Positions 8,167 through 15,816 of a stretch of 24,000 nucleotides of DNA are shown here, piece after piece. The position numbers and the translations under genes are program-made. This DNA is from Bacteroidota bacterium. Its GTDB lineage: Bacteria; Bacteroidota; Bacteroidia; Chitinophagales; Chitinophagaceae. The number at the start of each line of letters is the position of its first letter. Position 1 is the stretch's first letter. The stretch is from the NCBI GenBank assembly GCA_005883765.1, contig VBAQ01000155.1, positions 2,512-26,511 of the forward strand, written 5' to 3'. The notes beneath the pieces are model-generated. The model did not search any database and was not told the origin of the DNA. It was given only the letters and a program-made list of their open reading frames with translations.

Positions 8167-10275
8167 TCAAGTTTTCAAATGATATCCCTTTGGTTTTGTA
8201 AAGGCACGCAGACCTGCATGTGAAAGTGTAACACCAAAACCAGAATGTTTTCTTCCGCTCCACGGCAAAGCTGCGCTCACACGATCGCAGCAATTCCAGT
8301 AACCCGTTCCGACGTCTATTCGGTTTAAAATATTTTCTGCCTTTGTTTTATCTGCACTATAAACCGAAGCAGTTAAACCATATTCGGTATCCTTCATTAA
8401 CTCTATTGCTTGCTCTTCATCTCTCACTTTCATAATGCCGATAACCGGACCGAATGATTCATCTTTCATCACACTCATTTCGTGGTTCACATCGACCAGG
8501 ACGGTGGGCTCAAAAAAATATCCCTGCCCGACCGCGTCATTCAGGCGGGCTTTGCTTTTTATTTTTTTTCCACCAGTCAAGATCTTTGCTCCTTTGCTCA
8601 GTGCATCTGCAACCTGGCTCTCTAAAACCCTAAGTTGTTCCTTTCTGCTCAAGGGTCCGATATAAACTCCATTTTCGGTTGGCGGCCCGATCTTCCATGA
8701 CTTCACTTCTTTTACAAATTCATTCAGGTATCGATCGTAAACTTTTTCATGCACATAGATCCTTTCGACGGCACAGCAACTCTGACCGTTGTTGTAAAAA
8801 GCTCCATCCGCAGTAGCAGCAGCAACTGCTTTTATATCCTCTATGTCATCGGCTATATACAAAGGATCTTTCCCACCTAACTCGCATTGGCAAGGGATCA
8901 TCTTTGATGCAAGTTTTTCATAAATATGTTTCCCCGTTTTGTAAGAGCCGGTAAAAAAATACCCGTCGAAGGGAATTTCTAGTAACAACTCGCCAACCCT
9001 TCCCGGCCCGACTGCAATCTGGAAAACATTATTGGGAACACCCGCCTCCTTTAAGAATTTTTCTATTTGTAATCCAGTGAGTGCAGAATGCTCGGAAGCC
9101 TTGTACATCACGGCGTTTCCAGCAAGCAAGGCTGGCACAAAAACGTTTATACCGACGAGATAAGGATAATTCCAGGCAGAGATATTGCAGACCACACCCA
9201 GCGGTTCGTAAGAGATTTTTTCTTCCATGCCATCCCCACTGCTCATGGTCTCATCGCGCAAATATTTTTCTGCGTTATCGGTCAGCCATTTTATCCTTGA
9301 CCTGCCACCTTTTATTTCATTGCGTGATTGTTGCAACGGTTTTCCTACTTCTGAGGTTAGAACCGAAGCAAGTTGTTCAATATGTGTTTCCAAAAGGTCG
9401 GAGAATTTTTTGAGCACTTGCACTCTTTCCGCAAGCGATGATTGATACCAGTCGCGCCGCGCCGATCGCAACAAGTCAAATTTTCTTTGCAGACTGTCCG
9501 CAGTGTCTTCATTTAGCTCCGCAATTACTTGTTCAGTTGCAGGGTTGGTAATCAGAAGTTTTTTCATAGTTGTTTCCCTTACAGCCGCTAGAAATTGTTT
9601 TTTTATATTTTCCGAAAACGGATTTTCTTCTTTGTCTTTCATTCTTTCAGGGTGCCATTGAATACAAAGCATGAAAGCCTTACCGGTTTTGTTTTTGAAC
9701 TCAAGACCCTCAATGATGGTTTCATCGTCATCGTCATAGGCGTTTACCAGCAGATTGTCGCCAATTGCATTGGGATCAATTGCCTGGTGATGTGCGCTGT
9801 TTACATTGCCGGAAACAGAACCTGCGATTTGATGAAGTAACGTATTTCTCCCGGTAGCAATTGAGTGTTCTTTGTCTGACTCTTCTTTCCTGTGTCTTGC
9901 ATTGCCATTGTCAAGGTCTTGTATGAGCTTTCCTCCTTCCAATACATTTATCAATTGCATTCCGCGACAAATTCCCAGGACGGGTAATTTATTTAACTGC
10001 GAATAGCGATAGATCTTTTCTTCAAAATGATCACGTTCCGGCTGCAGAGACGAGGGTTTGTTATTATAAATAGTTTTTCCGTTGTAAAAAGAGGGATGAA
10101 CATCGACACCGCCTGTAAGTACAAAGCCGCCACATTGATAGATATCCTCGATATTATTTTTTTCAAAATTGAGTTCAACCAGTTCTATATCTTTTTGCAG
10201 ATCTTCTGCAGTGAACCAGTTCCAATAATTCTGAAATGAGGTTTTTGTAAAGCTGATACCAATTCTTTTCTTCAT
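8167..10275 (-). CDS. Fusion protein: peptidase C26 gamma-glutamyl hydrolase (PuuD-like class-I amidotransferase) + NAD(P) aldehyde dehydrogenase (PuuC-like)
   Basis: Single 702-aa ORF with no internal stop. Residues 1-236 (nt 9568-10275) carry LPVLGICRGMQLIN (nucleophile Cys) and IQWHPE (His/Glu). Residues 237-702 (nt 8167-9567) carry the ALDH motifs FTGSYKTGK, CELGGKDP (catalytic Glu) and NNGQSCCAVERIYV (catalytic Cys). It starts 3 nt after the stop of the upstream alcohol dehydrogenase. Confidence 0.85.
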   Translation of the reverse strand: MKKRIGISFTKTSFQNYWNWFTAEDLQKDIELVELNFEKNNIEDIYQCGGFVLTGGVDVHPSFYNGKTIYNNKPSSLQPERDHFEEKIYRYSQLNKLPVLGICRGMQLINVLEGGKLIQDLDNGNARHRKEESDKEHSIATGRNTLLHQIAGSVSGNVNSAHHQAIDPNAIGDNLLVNAYDDDDETIIEGLEFKNKTGKAFMLCIQWHPERMKDKEENPFSENIKKQFLAAVRETTMKKLLITNPATEQVIAELNEDTADSLQRKFDLLRSARRDWYQSSLAERVQVLKKFSDLLETHIEQLASVLTSEVGKPLQQSRNEIKGGRSRIKWLTDNAEKYLRDETMSSGDGMEEKISYEPLGVVCNISAWNYPYLVGINVFVPALLAGNAVMYKASEHSALTGLQIEKFLKEAGVPNNVFQIAVGPGRVGELLLEIPFDGYFFTGSYKTGKHIYEKLASKMIPCQCELGGKDPLYIADDIEDIKAVAAATADGAFYNNGQSCCAVERIYVHEKVYDRYLNEFVKEVKSWKIGPPTENGVYIGPLSRKEQLRVLESQVADALSKGAKILTGGKKIKSKARLNDAVGQGYFFEPTVLVDVNHEMSVMKDESFGPVIGIMKVRDEEQAIELMKDTEYGLTASVYSADKTKAENILNRIDVGTGYWNCCDRVSAALPWSGRKHSGFGVTLSHAGLRAFTKPKGYHLKT

Positions 10276-10278
10276 GCG

Positions 10279-11427
10279 CTAAAGTGCTTTGCTATACAAA
10301 TTTCTGAAATCTTCGCGGCTCACTGGTTTTGGATTATTTGGATGGGCAAAATCAGCAATGGCAAGATCGGCCAGCGTTTCGATATGCTCCTGTTTTACGC
10401 CAATGTCCCGAAGTTTATGCGGTATGTTAATTTTTGAATTCAAATCAAATAGATATTTGACTACTGCTTGACCAGTCTCCTCATTCAATTCCAGCGTTCG
10501 TGCGATCCGTTTGAATTTGTCTTCGCATCCGTTGATATTAAATTCCATTCCGTACGGGATATTCACCGCATTCGCCAGTCCATGATGTGTATCCAGCAGC
10601 GATGATAAAGGATGTGCCAGTGAATGCACCACGCCCAGGCCTTTTTGAAAGGCAACCGCACCCATCAAAGATGCGATCAGCATTTTACTCCTTGACTCGA
10701 GATTGGGTTTGTTCACTGCTTTTACCAGTGATTCATTGATCAGTGAAATTCCCTCGAGGGCAATTCCTTCACATAATGGGTGAGGCATCTTTGCCAGGAA
10801 TGCTTCCATGTTATGTGTCAGAGCATCCATGCCTGTGGCTGCGGTTATAAATGCGGGAAGTTCCATTGTCAGTAACGGATCGGCAAAAACGATTTTAGCT
10901 AGCAGTTTGGGCGAAAAAAGAATTCTTTTCTGGTGTGTCCCATCGTCAGCAATAATGGCGCTGCGTCCCACTTCACTGCCGGTTCCTGCCGTAGTGGGTA
11001 TGGTAATGAAATGGGGCACGTCATTGGTCACATACACATCGCCCCCAATCAGATCATCATATTTGAAAAGGTCTTCCCTGTGATTTATTCGCAACGCGAT
11101 CGCTCTTGCGACATCCAGGGCAGCACCGCCACCAATTCCAATGATCGAGTCTCTTTGATTATTGTCGTACACATCGGTACCCTTGTACACGTCTGACTTA
11201 ACCGGGTTTTTATGGAGGTCAAAAAATATTTCTGCCGAAATGTTTTTCTTTTTCAGATCGTTGACGATGTACTTAAAAAAGTCGAGTTGGGCAATATTTG
11301 CATCGGTAACTAATAGAGGCCTTGATAAATTATTTTTTGCCAGGTAATCGCCTAATTCATTACTTGATCCGGCACCAAAGCGAATTGTCGTTGGAAAATT
11401 GTATTGATAGATCTTGTCGAATTTCAT
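10279..11427 (-). CDS. Iron-containing (group III) alcohol dehydrogenase
   Basis: 382 aa with ATG start. Fe-ADH pattern: GIGGGAALDVARA, PTTAGTGSEV, and metal-binding His contexts (MDALTHNMEA, VVHSLAHPLS..HHGLANA). Confidence 0.85.
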   Translation of the reverse strand: MKFDKIYQYNFPTTIRFGAGSSNELGDYLAKNNLSRPLLVTDANIAQLDFFKYIVNDLKKKNISAEIFFDLHKNPVKSDVYKGTDVYDNNQRDSIIGIGGGAALDVARAIALRINHREDLFKYDDLIGGDVYVTNDVPHFITIPTTAGTGSEVGRSAIIADDGTHQKRILFSPKLLAKIVFADPLLTMELPAFITAATGMDALTHNMEAFLAKMPHPLCEGIALEGISLINESLVKAVNKPNLESRSKMLIASLMGAVAFQKGLGVVHSLAHPLSSLLDTHHGLANAVNIPYGMEFNINGCEDKFKRIARTLELNEETGQAVVKYLFDLNSKINIPHKLRDIGVKQEHIETLADLAIADFAHPNNPKPVSREDFRNLYSKAL

Positions 11428-11471
11428 GATTTACGGACTGTATTATGAACCTTATTTTTCCCAGTCGCCCT

Positions 11472-12029
11472 AACCTTAGTAGAAAAATGGATACTTAGCG
11501 TCATTAGCTTATTACCTTATTTTGACCGTTTTTGGGCGGTGTAACGTATTTTGATAAAATCTCAAAAACTCCTCATACTCTTCTGCGAAACTTATTTTAC
11601 GATGATGTTCCGGCTGATTAAGTATGTATTTACAGACCCGATCAACATCTGATTTTGATACAGAAAAGGCAGATGCAGTTTCTTGCCAGGCAAATCGACT
11701 GTTGCACAGCTTATTTTGATTTATGAATTTTTGAGAACTTTCTGCAACTGTGGAGGCAAGATTTTCTTCTGATATTTTGGGAGAGCGGGATACGAGGAAG
11801 TGGACATGCTCAGGATTTGCATAAATGGCATATAATTTAGAATCATTATTATTCACTACGCCAGTAATATATTTTTCAATTCTTTCGCGATGGTTCTCTA
11901 AAATAAGAGGTAAGCGATGCAGTGTTGTAAATATAAAATGAGTATATAAATTGTTGTATTCTATTTTCATTACAAATGAGAATAAGGTAATAAGGTTGAA
12001 TCAAGGTACAATTTTTTTCTACTAAGGTT
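11472..12029 (-). mobile_element. 558-bp unit: Y1 transposase-like gene bracketed by perfect inverted repeats (REPtron/IS-like)
   Basis: The outer 16-bp perfect IR is aaccttagtagaaaaa (11472-11487) against tttttctactaaggtt (12014-12029). The inner 14-bp perfect IR is cttattaccttatt (11508-11521) against aataaggtaataag (11981-11994). Extra aaggt/acctt copies occur on both sides. No target-site duplication was seen. Confidence 0.6.
11512..11970 (-). CDS. IS200/IS605-type Y1 (HUH) transposase-like protein, RAYT-like
   Basis: 152 aa. Y1_Tnp pattern: YTHFIFTT..R.P.I, HUH motif PEHVHFLV, FAWQE..SAFSVS, and catalytic Tyr context CKYILNQPEHHRK. Confidence 0.8.
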   Translation of the reverse strand: MKIEYNNLYTHFIFTTLHRLPLILENHRERIEKYITGVVNNNDSKLYAIYANPEHVHFLVSRSPKISEENLASTVAESSQKFINQNKLCNSRFAWQETASAFSVSKSDVDRVCKYILNQPEHHRKISFAEEYEEFLRFYQNTLHRPKTVKIR

Positions 12030-12094
12030 GACCAAAAAAAATTTTAACAAAATCTCTTTTTCTAAATTAATATTGCTTGACCTAGTCGTGATCT

Positions 12095-13453
12095 CTAAAT
12101 AATCTCGAAATACCTTTTGTACTCCCAATCGGTTACAGCTTTCAGGTGCTGTCTCCATTCCCATTCTCTTGTTTGTGTGAAATGTTCAACAAATTTTTCT
12201 CCGAAAAGTTCTTTCGCAATTTTTGAAGTTTTCATTTGTCGGGTTGCTTCAATGAGTGTGGAGGGAAGAACACCATTGGAATCATCTTGGTAGCCATTTC
12301 CCGAGGTGGGCGGTTGTTTTAGCTTCAATTTATTTTTAATTCCGTACAAGCCTGAGGCCAGGCAACCTGCCATGGCGAGATAAGGATTTACATCGGAACC
12401 GATCACCCGTGTTTCGAGTCGACAAGATTTGCTGCTATTTGCGAGCACCCTCAATGCAACTGTCCTGTTATCCATTCCCCAGGTGAGTGTAGTAGGCGCC
12501 CATGCACCCTGGACCAATCTTTTATAGCTATTTATATTTGGAGCAAACAGGGGCAGTATTTCAGGCAAGCAATATAACTGGCCGGCGAGATAATTTTTTG
12601 TCAGCTCGCTCATTCTGAATTTATCCTTTTCATTATAAAAAAGATTTTTTTTTCCTGCTTTGTCCCATAAGCTTTGATGAACGTGGCCACCACAACCCGG
12701 GAGACCTTCATTGATCTTGGCCATAAAGGTTGCGATGATTCCATGCCTGTACGCAATTTCTTTCACGGCTGTTTTGAAAAGTACAGCTCTATCGGCGGCT
12801 TCTAACACATCTGAATAAGTGATGGCGGCCTCATATGTGCCGGGACCCGTTTCAGTGTGTAATCCCTCTAATGGCACATTGAATTTTTTCAGCCAGTCAA
12901 AGAGGTTGGTGAAGTAAGGATTCTCGGAAGAGCTGCGGAGAATTGAGTATCCAAACATCCCCGGAGTAAGCGGTGTAAGATTTTTGAACTGCTTATCATT
13001 AGCCGTTTGTGGAGTTTCTGCAAAATTGTACCATTCAAACTCCTGCGAGAAAAAAGGAGAGAAGCCTTGCCTGGTTGCTTCATTCATTATTTTTTTCAGC
13101 AATTGTCTTGGACAAACCTGGGAAGGATCACCTTTTTCATCTGTGAGCTCACCAAGGAAGAACGGCACATCATTTTCCCAGGGAATTTTTCTGAAAGTAT
13201 TTATATCTAACACGCCCGGGCTATCAGGATAACCGGTATGCCATCCTGTGAATTGGACATTATCATATACCACGTCGCCTGTATCCCACCCAAAAATCAC
13301 ATTGCAAAAACCTAAGCCATTTTCAATGGCGGAAGAAAATTTCTCAGCAGAAATATATTTGCCTCTCAATATCCCGTCAATATCGCTGAACGCGATCTTG
13401 ACTTTTCCGGAAGGATGGTCTTTCACATATTGGATAATTTCTTTTGTTGTCAT
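12095..13453 (-). CDS. Glutamine synthetase-family gamma-glutamyl ligase (PuuA / GlnA4 / IpuC-like)
   Basis: 452 aa with ATG start. GS catalytic-domain motifs: HTETGPGTYEA, GCGGHVHQS, NSYKRL, DNRTVALRV, CRLETRVIGSDVNPYL. Its size and divergent motifs fit the GS-like amine ligases rather than housekeeping GlnA. Confidence 0.8.
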   Translation of the reverse strand: MTTKEIIQYVKDHPSGKVKIAFSDIDGILRGKYISAEKFSSAIENGLGFCNVIFGWDTGDVVYDNVQFTGWHTGYPDSPGVLDINTFRKIPWENDVPFFLGELTDEKGDPSQVCPRQLLKKIMNEATRQGFSPFFSQEFEWYNFAETPQTANDKQFKNLTPLTPGMFGYSILRSSSENPYFTNLFDWLKKFNVPLEGLHTETGPGTYEAAITYSDVLEAADRAVLFKTAVKEIAYRHGIIATFMAKINEGLPGCGGHVHQSLWDKAGKKNLFYNEKDKFRMSELTKNYLAGQLYCLPEILPLFAPNINSYKRLVQGAWAPTTLTWGMDNRTVALRVLANSSKSCRLETRVIGSDVNPYLAMAGCLASGLYGIKNKLKLKQPPTSGNGYQDDSNGVLPSTLIEATRQMKTSKIAKELFGEKFVEHFTQTREWEWRQHLKAVTDWEYKRYFEII

Positions 13454-13533
13454 CTTGATGTTTAAAAATAAAAAGTACTAATTATTTAGATTCTTTTCCC
13501 GCAAATTTTTGATTGAACGCTGGACTCGTGATT

Positions 13534-14192
13534 AAGTCCGAAGGACTTTAACCTGCCTGCCGGGAAGCAAGTATCATTGACGGTGAGCGTAGCGCACGGG
13601 AAGTAAAGCGAAGAATGCCACAACCCCGAAGGGGTTGAATATCGGTAACCGTGAGTGTAAACTCACGCGAGGAGAAATAACGAATGGCACAATCCCGAAG
13701 GGGTTGAATATCGGTAACCGTGAGTGTAAACTCACACGAGGAGAAATAACGAATGGCACAACCCCGAGGGGGTTGAATATCGGTAACCGTGAGTGTAAAC
13801 TCACACGAGGAAAAATAACGAATGGCACAGTCCCGAAGGGGTTGAATATCGGTAACCGTGAGTGTAAACTCACAGAAGGGAAGTGAAGAATGGCACAACC
13901 CCAAAGGGGTTGAATATCGTTAACCGTGAGTGTAAACTCACGCGAGGAGAAATAACGAATGGCACAATCCCGAAGGGGTTGAATATTGGTAACCATGAGT
14001 GTAAACTCACGGAAGGGAAGTGAGGAAGGCCACAACCCCGAAGGGGTTGAATATCGTTAACCGTGAGTGTAAACTCACGCGAGGAGAAATAACGAATGGC
14101 ACAACCCCGAAGGGGTTGAATATCGGTAACCGTGAGTGTAAACTCACGGAAGGGAAGTGAGGAAGGCCACAACCCCGAAGGGGTTGAATATT
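13534..14192. repeat. Tandem array of ~10 units of a 68/69-bp double-hairpin module
   Basis: Hairpin A (aacccc-gaa-ggggtt and variants) starts at 13622, 13691, 13760, 13829, 13897, 13966, 14034, 14103 and 14171, with spacing 69,69,69,68,69,68,69,68. Hairpin B (ccgtgagt-gtaa-actcacgg) lies between successive A copies (8 copies). The linker has two forms: cgaggagaaataacgaatggcac, and ggaagggaagtgaggaaggccac. A degenerate unit at 13534-13621 has A-like aagtcc-gaa-ggactt and B-like ggtgagc-gta-gcgcac. Confidence 0.9.
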
Positions 14193-14224
14193 GCTACAAC
14201 ACAATGAACCGTTCGGGTCATGCC

Positions 14225-14278
14225 TGATTAGCCTCTGATAAGATCAGAGGCTAATCACAGTAAAGCCCTTGGGGCTTT
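14225..14278 (-). terminator. Two stem-loops just downstream of the permease stop (possible terminator / 3-prime stabiliser)
   Basis: A perfect 15-bp stem, tgattagcctctgat (14225-14239) against atcagaggctaatca (14243-14257), has a 3-nt loop. A 7-bp stem, aaagccc/gggcttt (14262-14278), sits next to it. No clear U-tract follows on the minus strand, so intrinsic-terminator function is uncertain. Confidence 0.35.
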
Positions 14279-14301
14279 CACCTCCATTCAGCTTCAAACT
14301 A

Positions 14302-15609
14302 TTATTTCGCAAATAATTTAAAAGCAATGAAGCCAATGCCAAGAATTAAAAAATAAATCACTGCCAATTTAAAATTATAAACCGTCATTGCAACAAACGA
14401 AAAAGCAGCAATGAACAATGCAGCCACCGGAAATAAAGGATACATCGGCACTTTGAAAGGACGTTCCAATTGTGGTTCTTTTTTTCTGAGCCGCAACAAG
14501 GCGATCATCGACACAATATATAACGTAAGTGCTCCAAATACCGAGATGGTAATGATCTCTGCTGTTTTACCTGTCAGCAGGGCGATGATGCCGATCACCA
14601 TATTTACCAGCAGTGCATTGGATGGTGTTTGAAATCTCGGATGAATAGTTGCTAAAAAAGGCGGGGCAAATCTTACTCTTCCAAATTCAAAAGTTGCTCT
14701 CCCTGCCGCGAGTATGATGCCATGAAAAGAAGCGATCAAGCCGAACAGCCCTATGGTTATGAGCAAATGATACATCATGTTGTCGCTACCAACGACATGA
14801 CTCAGCGCCAAAGGCAGCGGAGAATCGGAAGTACTGCCGTCAGTTTTATAAACGATGGCTTCCCATCCCGCCACGCCGACCGAGCTAATGAAAACAAGTA
14901 TGCACAAAACCACCAGTGTTGCAATGGCCGAACCGAAACCAAGCAGCATCGTTCGCTGAGGGTGAATAGCCTCTTCGGCTACATTCGCGACTCCTTCAAT
15001 GGCCAGGAAAAACCAGATAGCAAATGGAGTTGCAGCGAAGGCGCCGGCCCATCCGTGAGGAAAAGCGTTGTGTTGTAAATTTTTTAATTCAAAATGAGGA
15101 ATCGTGATGCCAGTAAACAATAGCAACTCCCCCACAGCCAGCATAGTGATGACCAATTCAAACACGGCGGCCGCTTTTACACCGTAAATATTCAACGCCG
15201 TAAAAACGACATAACTGAAAATGGCGATGGCCAATATCGGTATTTGCGGAAAAAATAAATTGAAGTAGGCGCCGATAGCAAAGGCGATGGCGGGCGGTGC
15301 AAAAATGAATTCTATATTTTGTGCCATGCCGGCAATGAATCCCCAATCTTTCCCAAGTGCCCGGTTCGCATAATCAAAACCTCCGCCGGCTTTGGGTATA
15401 GCGCAGGCCAGTTCTGTGTAGCTGAATGTGAAAGTGACGTAGAGAATAATGATAAAAAATGTGGCGATGGCGAGGCCCAATGTTCCTCCTTGTTCCAGTC
15501 CAAGATTCCAGCCGAAGTACATTCCGGAGATCACATAACCCACACCAAGGCCCCAAAGCATCAGCGGAGTGAGTGTTCTTTTTAATTCATTTGTGGGAGT
15601 TACTGACAA
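14302..15609 (-). CDS. eat: Ethanolamine permease (Eat family, APC superfamily)
   Basis: 435 aa. The N-terminus LKRTLTPLMLWGLGVGYVISGMYFGWNLGLEQGG and IPKAGGGFDYANRALG match my memory of the Eat/TIGR00908 signature. The start codon at 15607-15609 is TTG. No in-frame ATG lies upstream, and the next Met would delete the conserved N-terminus. Confidence 0.75.
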   Translation of the reverse strand: MSVTPTNELKRTLTPLMLWGLGVGYVISGMYFGWNLGLEQGGTLGLAIATFFIIILYVTFTFSYTELACAIPKAGGGFDYANRALGKDWGFIAGMAQNIEFIFAPPAIAFAIGAYFNLFFPQIPILAIAIFSYVVFTALNIYGVKAAAVFELVITMLAVGELLLFTGITIPHFELKNLQHNAFPHGWAGAFAATPFAIWFFLAIEGVANVAEEAIHPQRTMLLGFGSAIATLVVLCILVFISSVGVAGWEAIVYKTDGSTSDSPLPLALSHVVGSDNMMYHLLITIGLFGLIASFHGIILAAGRATFEFGRVRFAPPFLATIHPRFQTPSNALLVNMVIGIIALLTGKTAEIITISVFGALTLYIVSMIALLRLRKKEPQLERPFKVPMYPLFPVAALFIAAFSFVAMTVYNFKLAVIYFLILGIGFIAFKLFAK

Positions 15610-15673
15610 GTGAAGATGTTGGTTGTTTTTAAATTGTTATTATTATGTGCCGAGCCGCACTGCTACTATTAGT

Positions 15674-15694
15674 CTTTCGTTGCGTCGCACTCTT
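15674..15694. repeat. Left arm of a 21-bp perfect inverted repeat bracketing the histidine kinase gene
   Basis: ctttcgttgcgtcgcactctt is the exact reverse complement of 16954-16974. The similarity extends imperfectly to about 31 nt (..taatagta..). Confidence 0.85.
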
Positions 15695-15816
15695 GTACGT
15701 TCTTAAGCCTGGTCAACACCCGGTCTGGATTGGCATTTTACGTCGTCGGTGCTTAAATAATTTGGTTGCTGGTGAGGCCCGCACGCAGGCTTCGGCGCAA
15801 CACCAACAACTGCACC

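Noticed and set aside
7773-8293. Small ORFs at 7773-7961 and 8057-8293 (minus) and 7999-8223 (plus)
   Set aside because: They overlap the FMO fragment or the 3-prime end of the fusion gene in other frames and have no motifs. They are most simply frame noise around a decaying gene.
9565-9567. Treating the C26 hydrolase and ALDH as two separate genes, because of the internal ATG at the domain junction
   Set aside because: There is no stop codon or frame change between the domains in the given sequence, so it is a single ORF. Independent internal initiation remains possible but is not a separate gene call.
11970-12164. 64-aa minus-strand ORF spanning the ligase 3-prime end and the right inverted repeat
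   Set aside because: It overlaps the GS-like CDS out of frame and runs through the IR and AT-rich spacer. Its composition is not protein-like.
13534-14192. Possible CRISPR array, given regularly spaced palindromic repeats
   Set aside because: There are no unique spacers. The sequence between hairpins is itself repeated, in only two linker variants. The period is 68/69 bp with the whole unit conserved, and no cas genes or leader are in the window.
13548-14204. ORF-track proteins inside the array (118, 153, 100, 65 aa on minus; 83 aa on plus)
   Set aside because: They overlap each other in several frames and on both strands, and consist purely of the 23-codon repeat read in different phases. 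They are open only because the repeat unit lacks stop codons, and they show no credible start context or protein-like composition.
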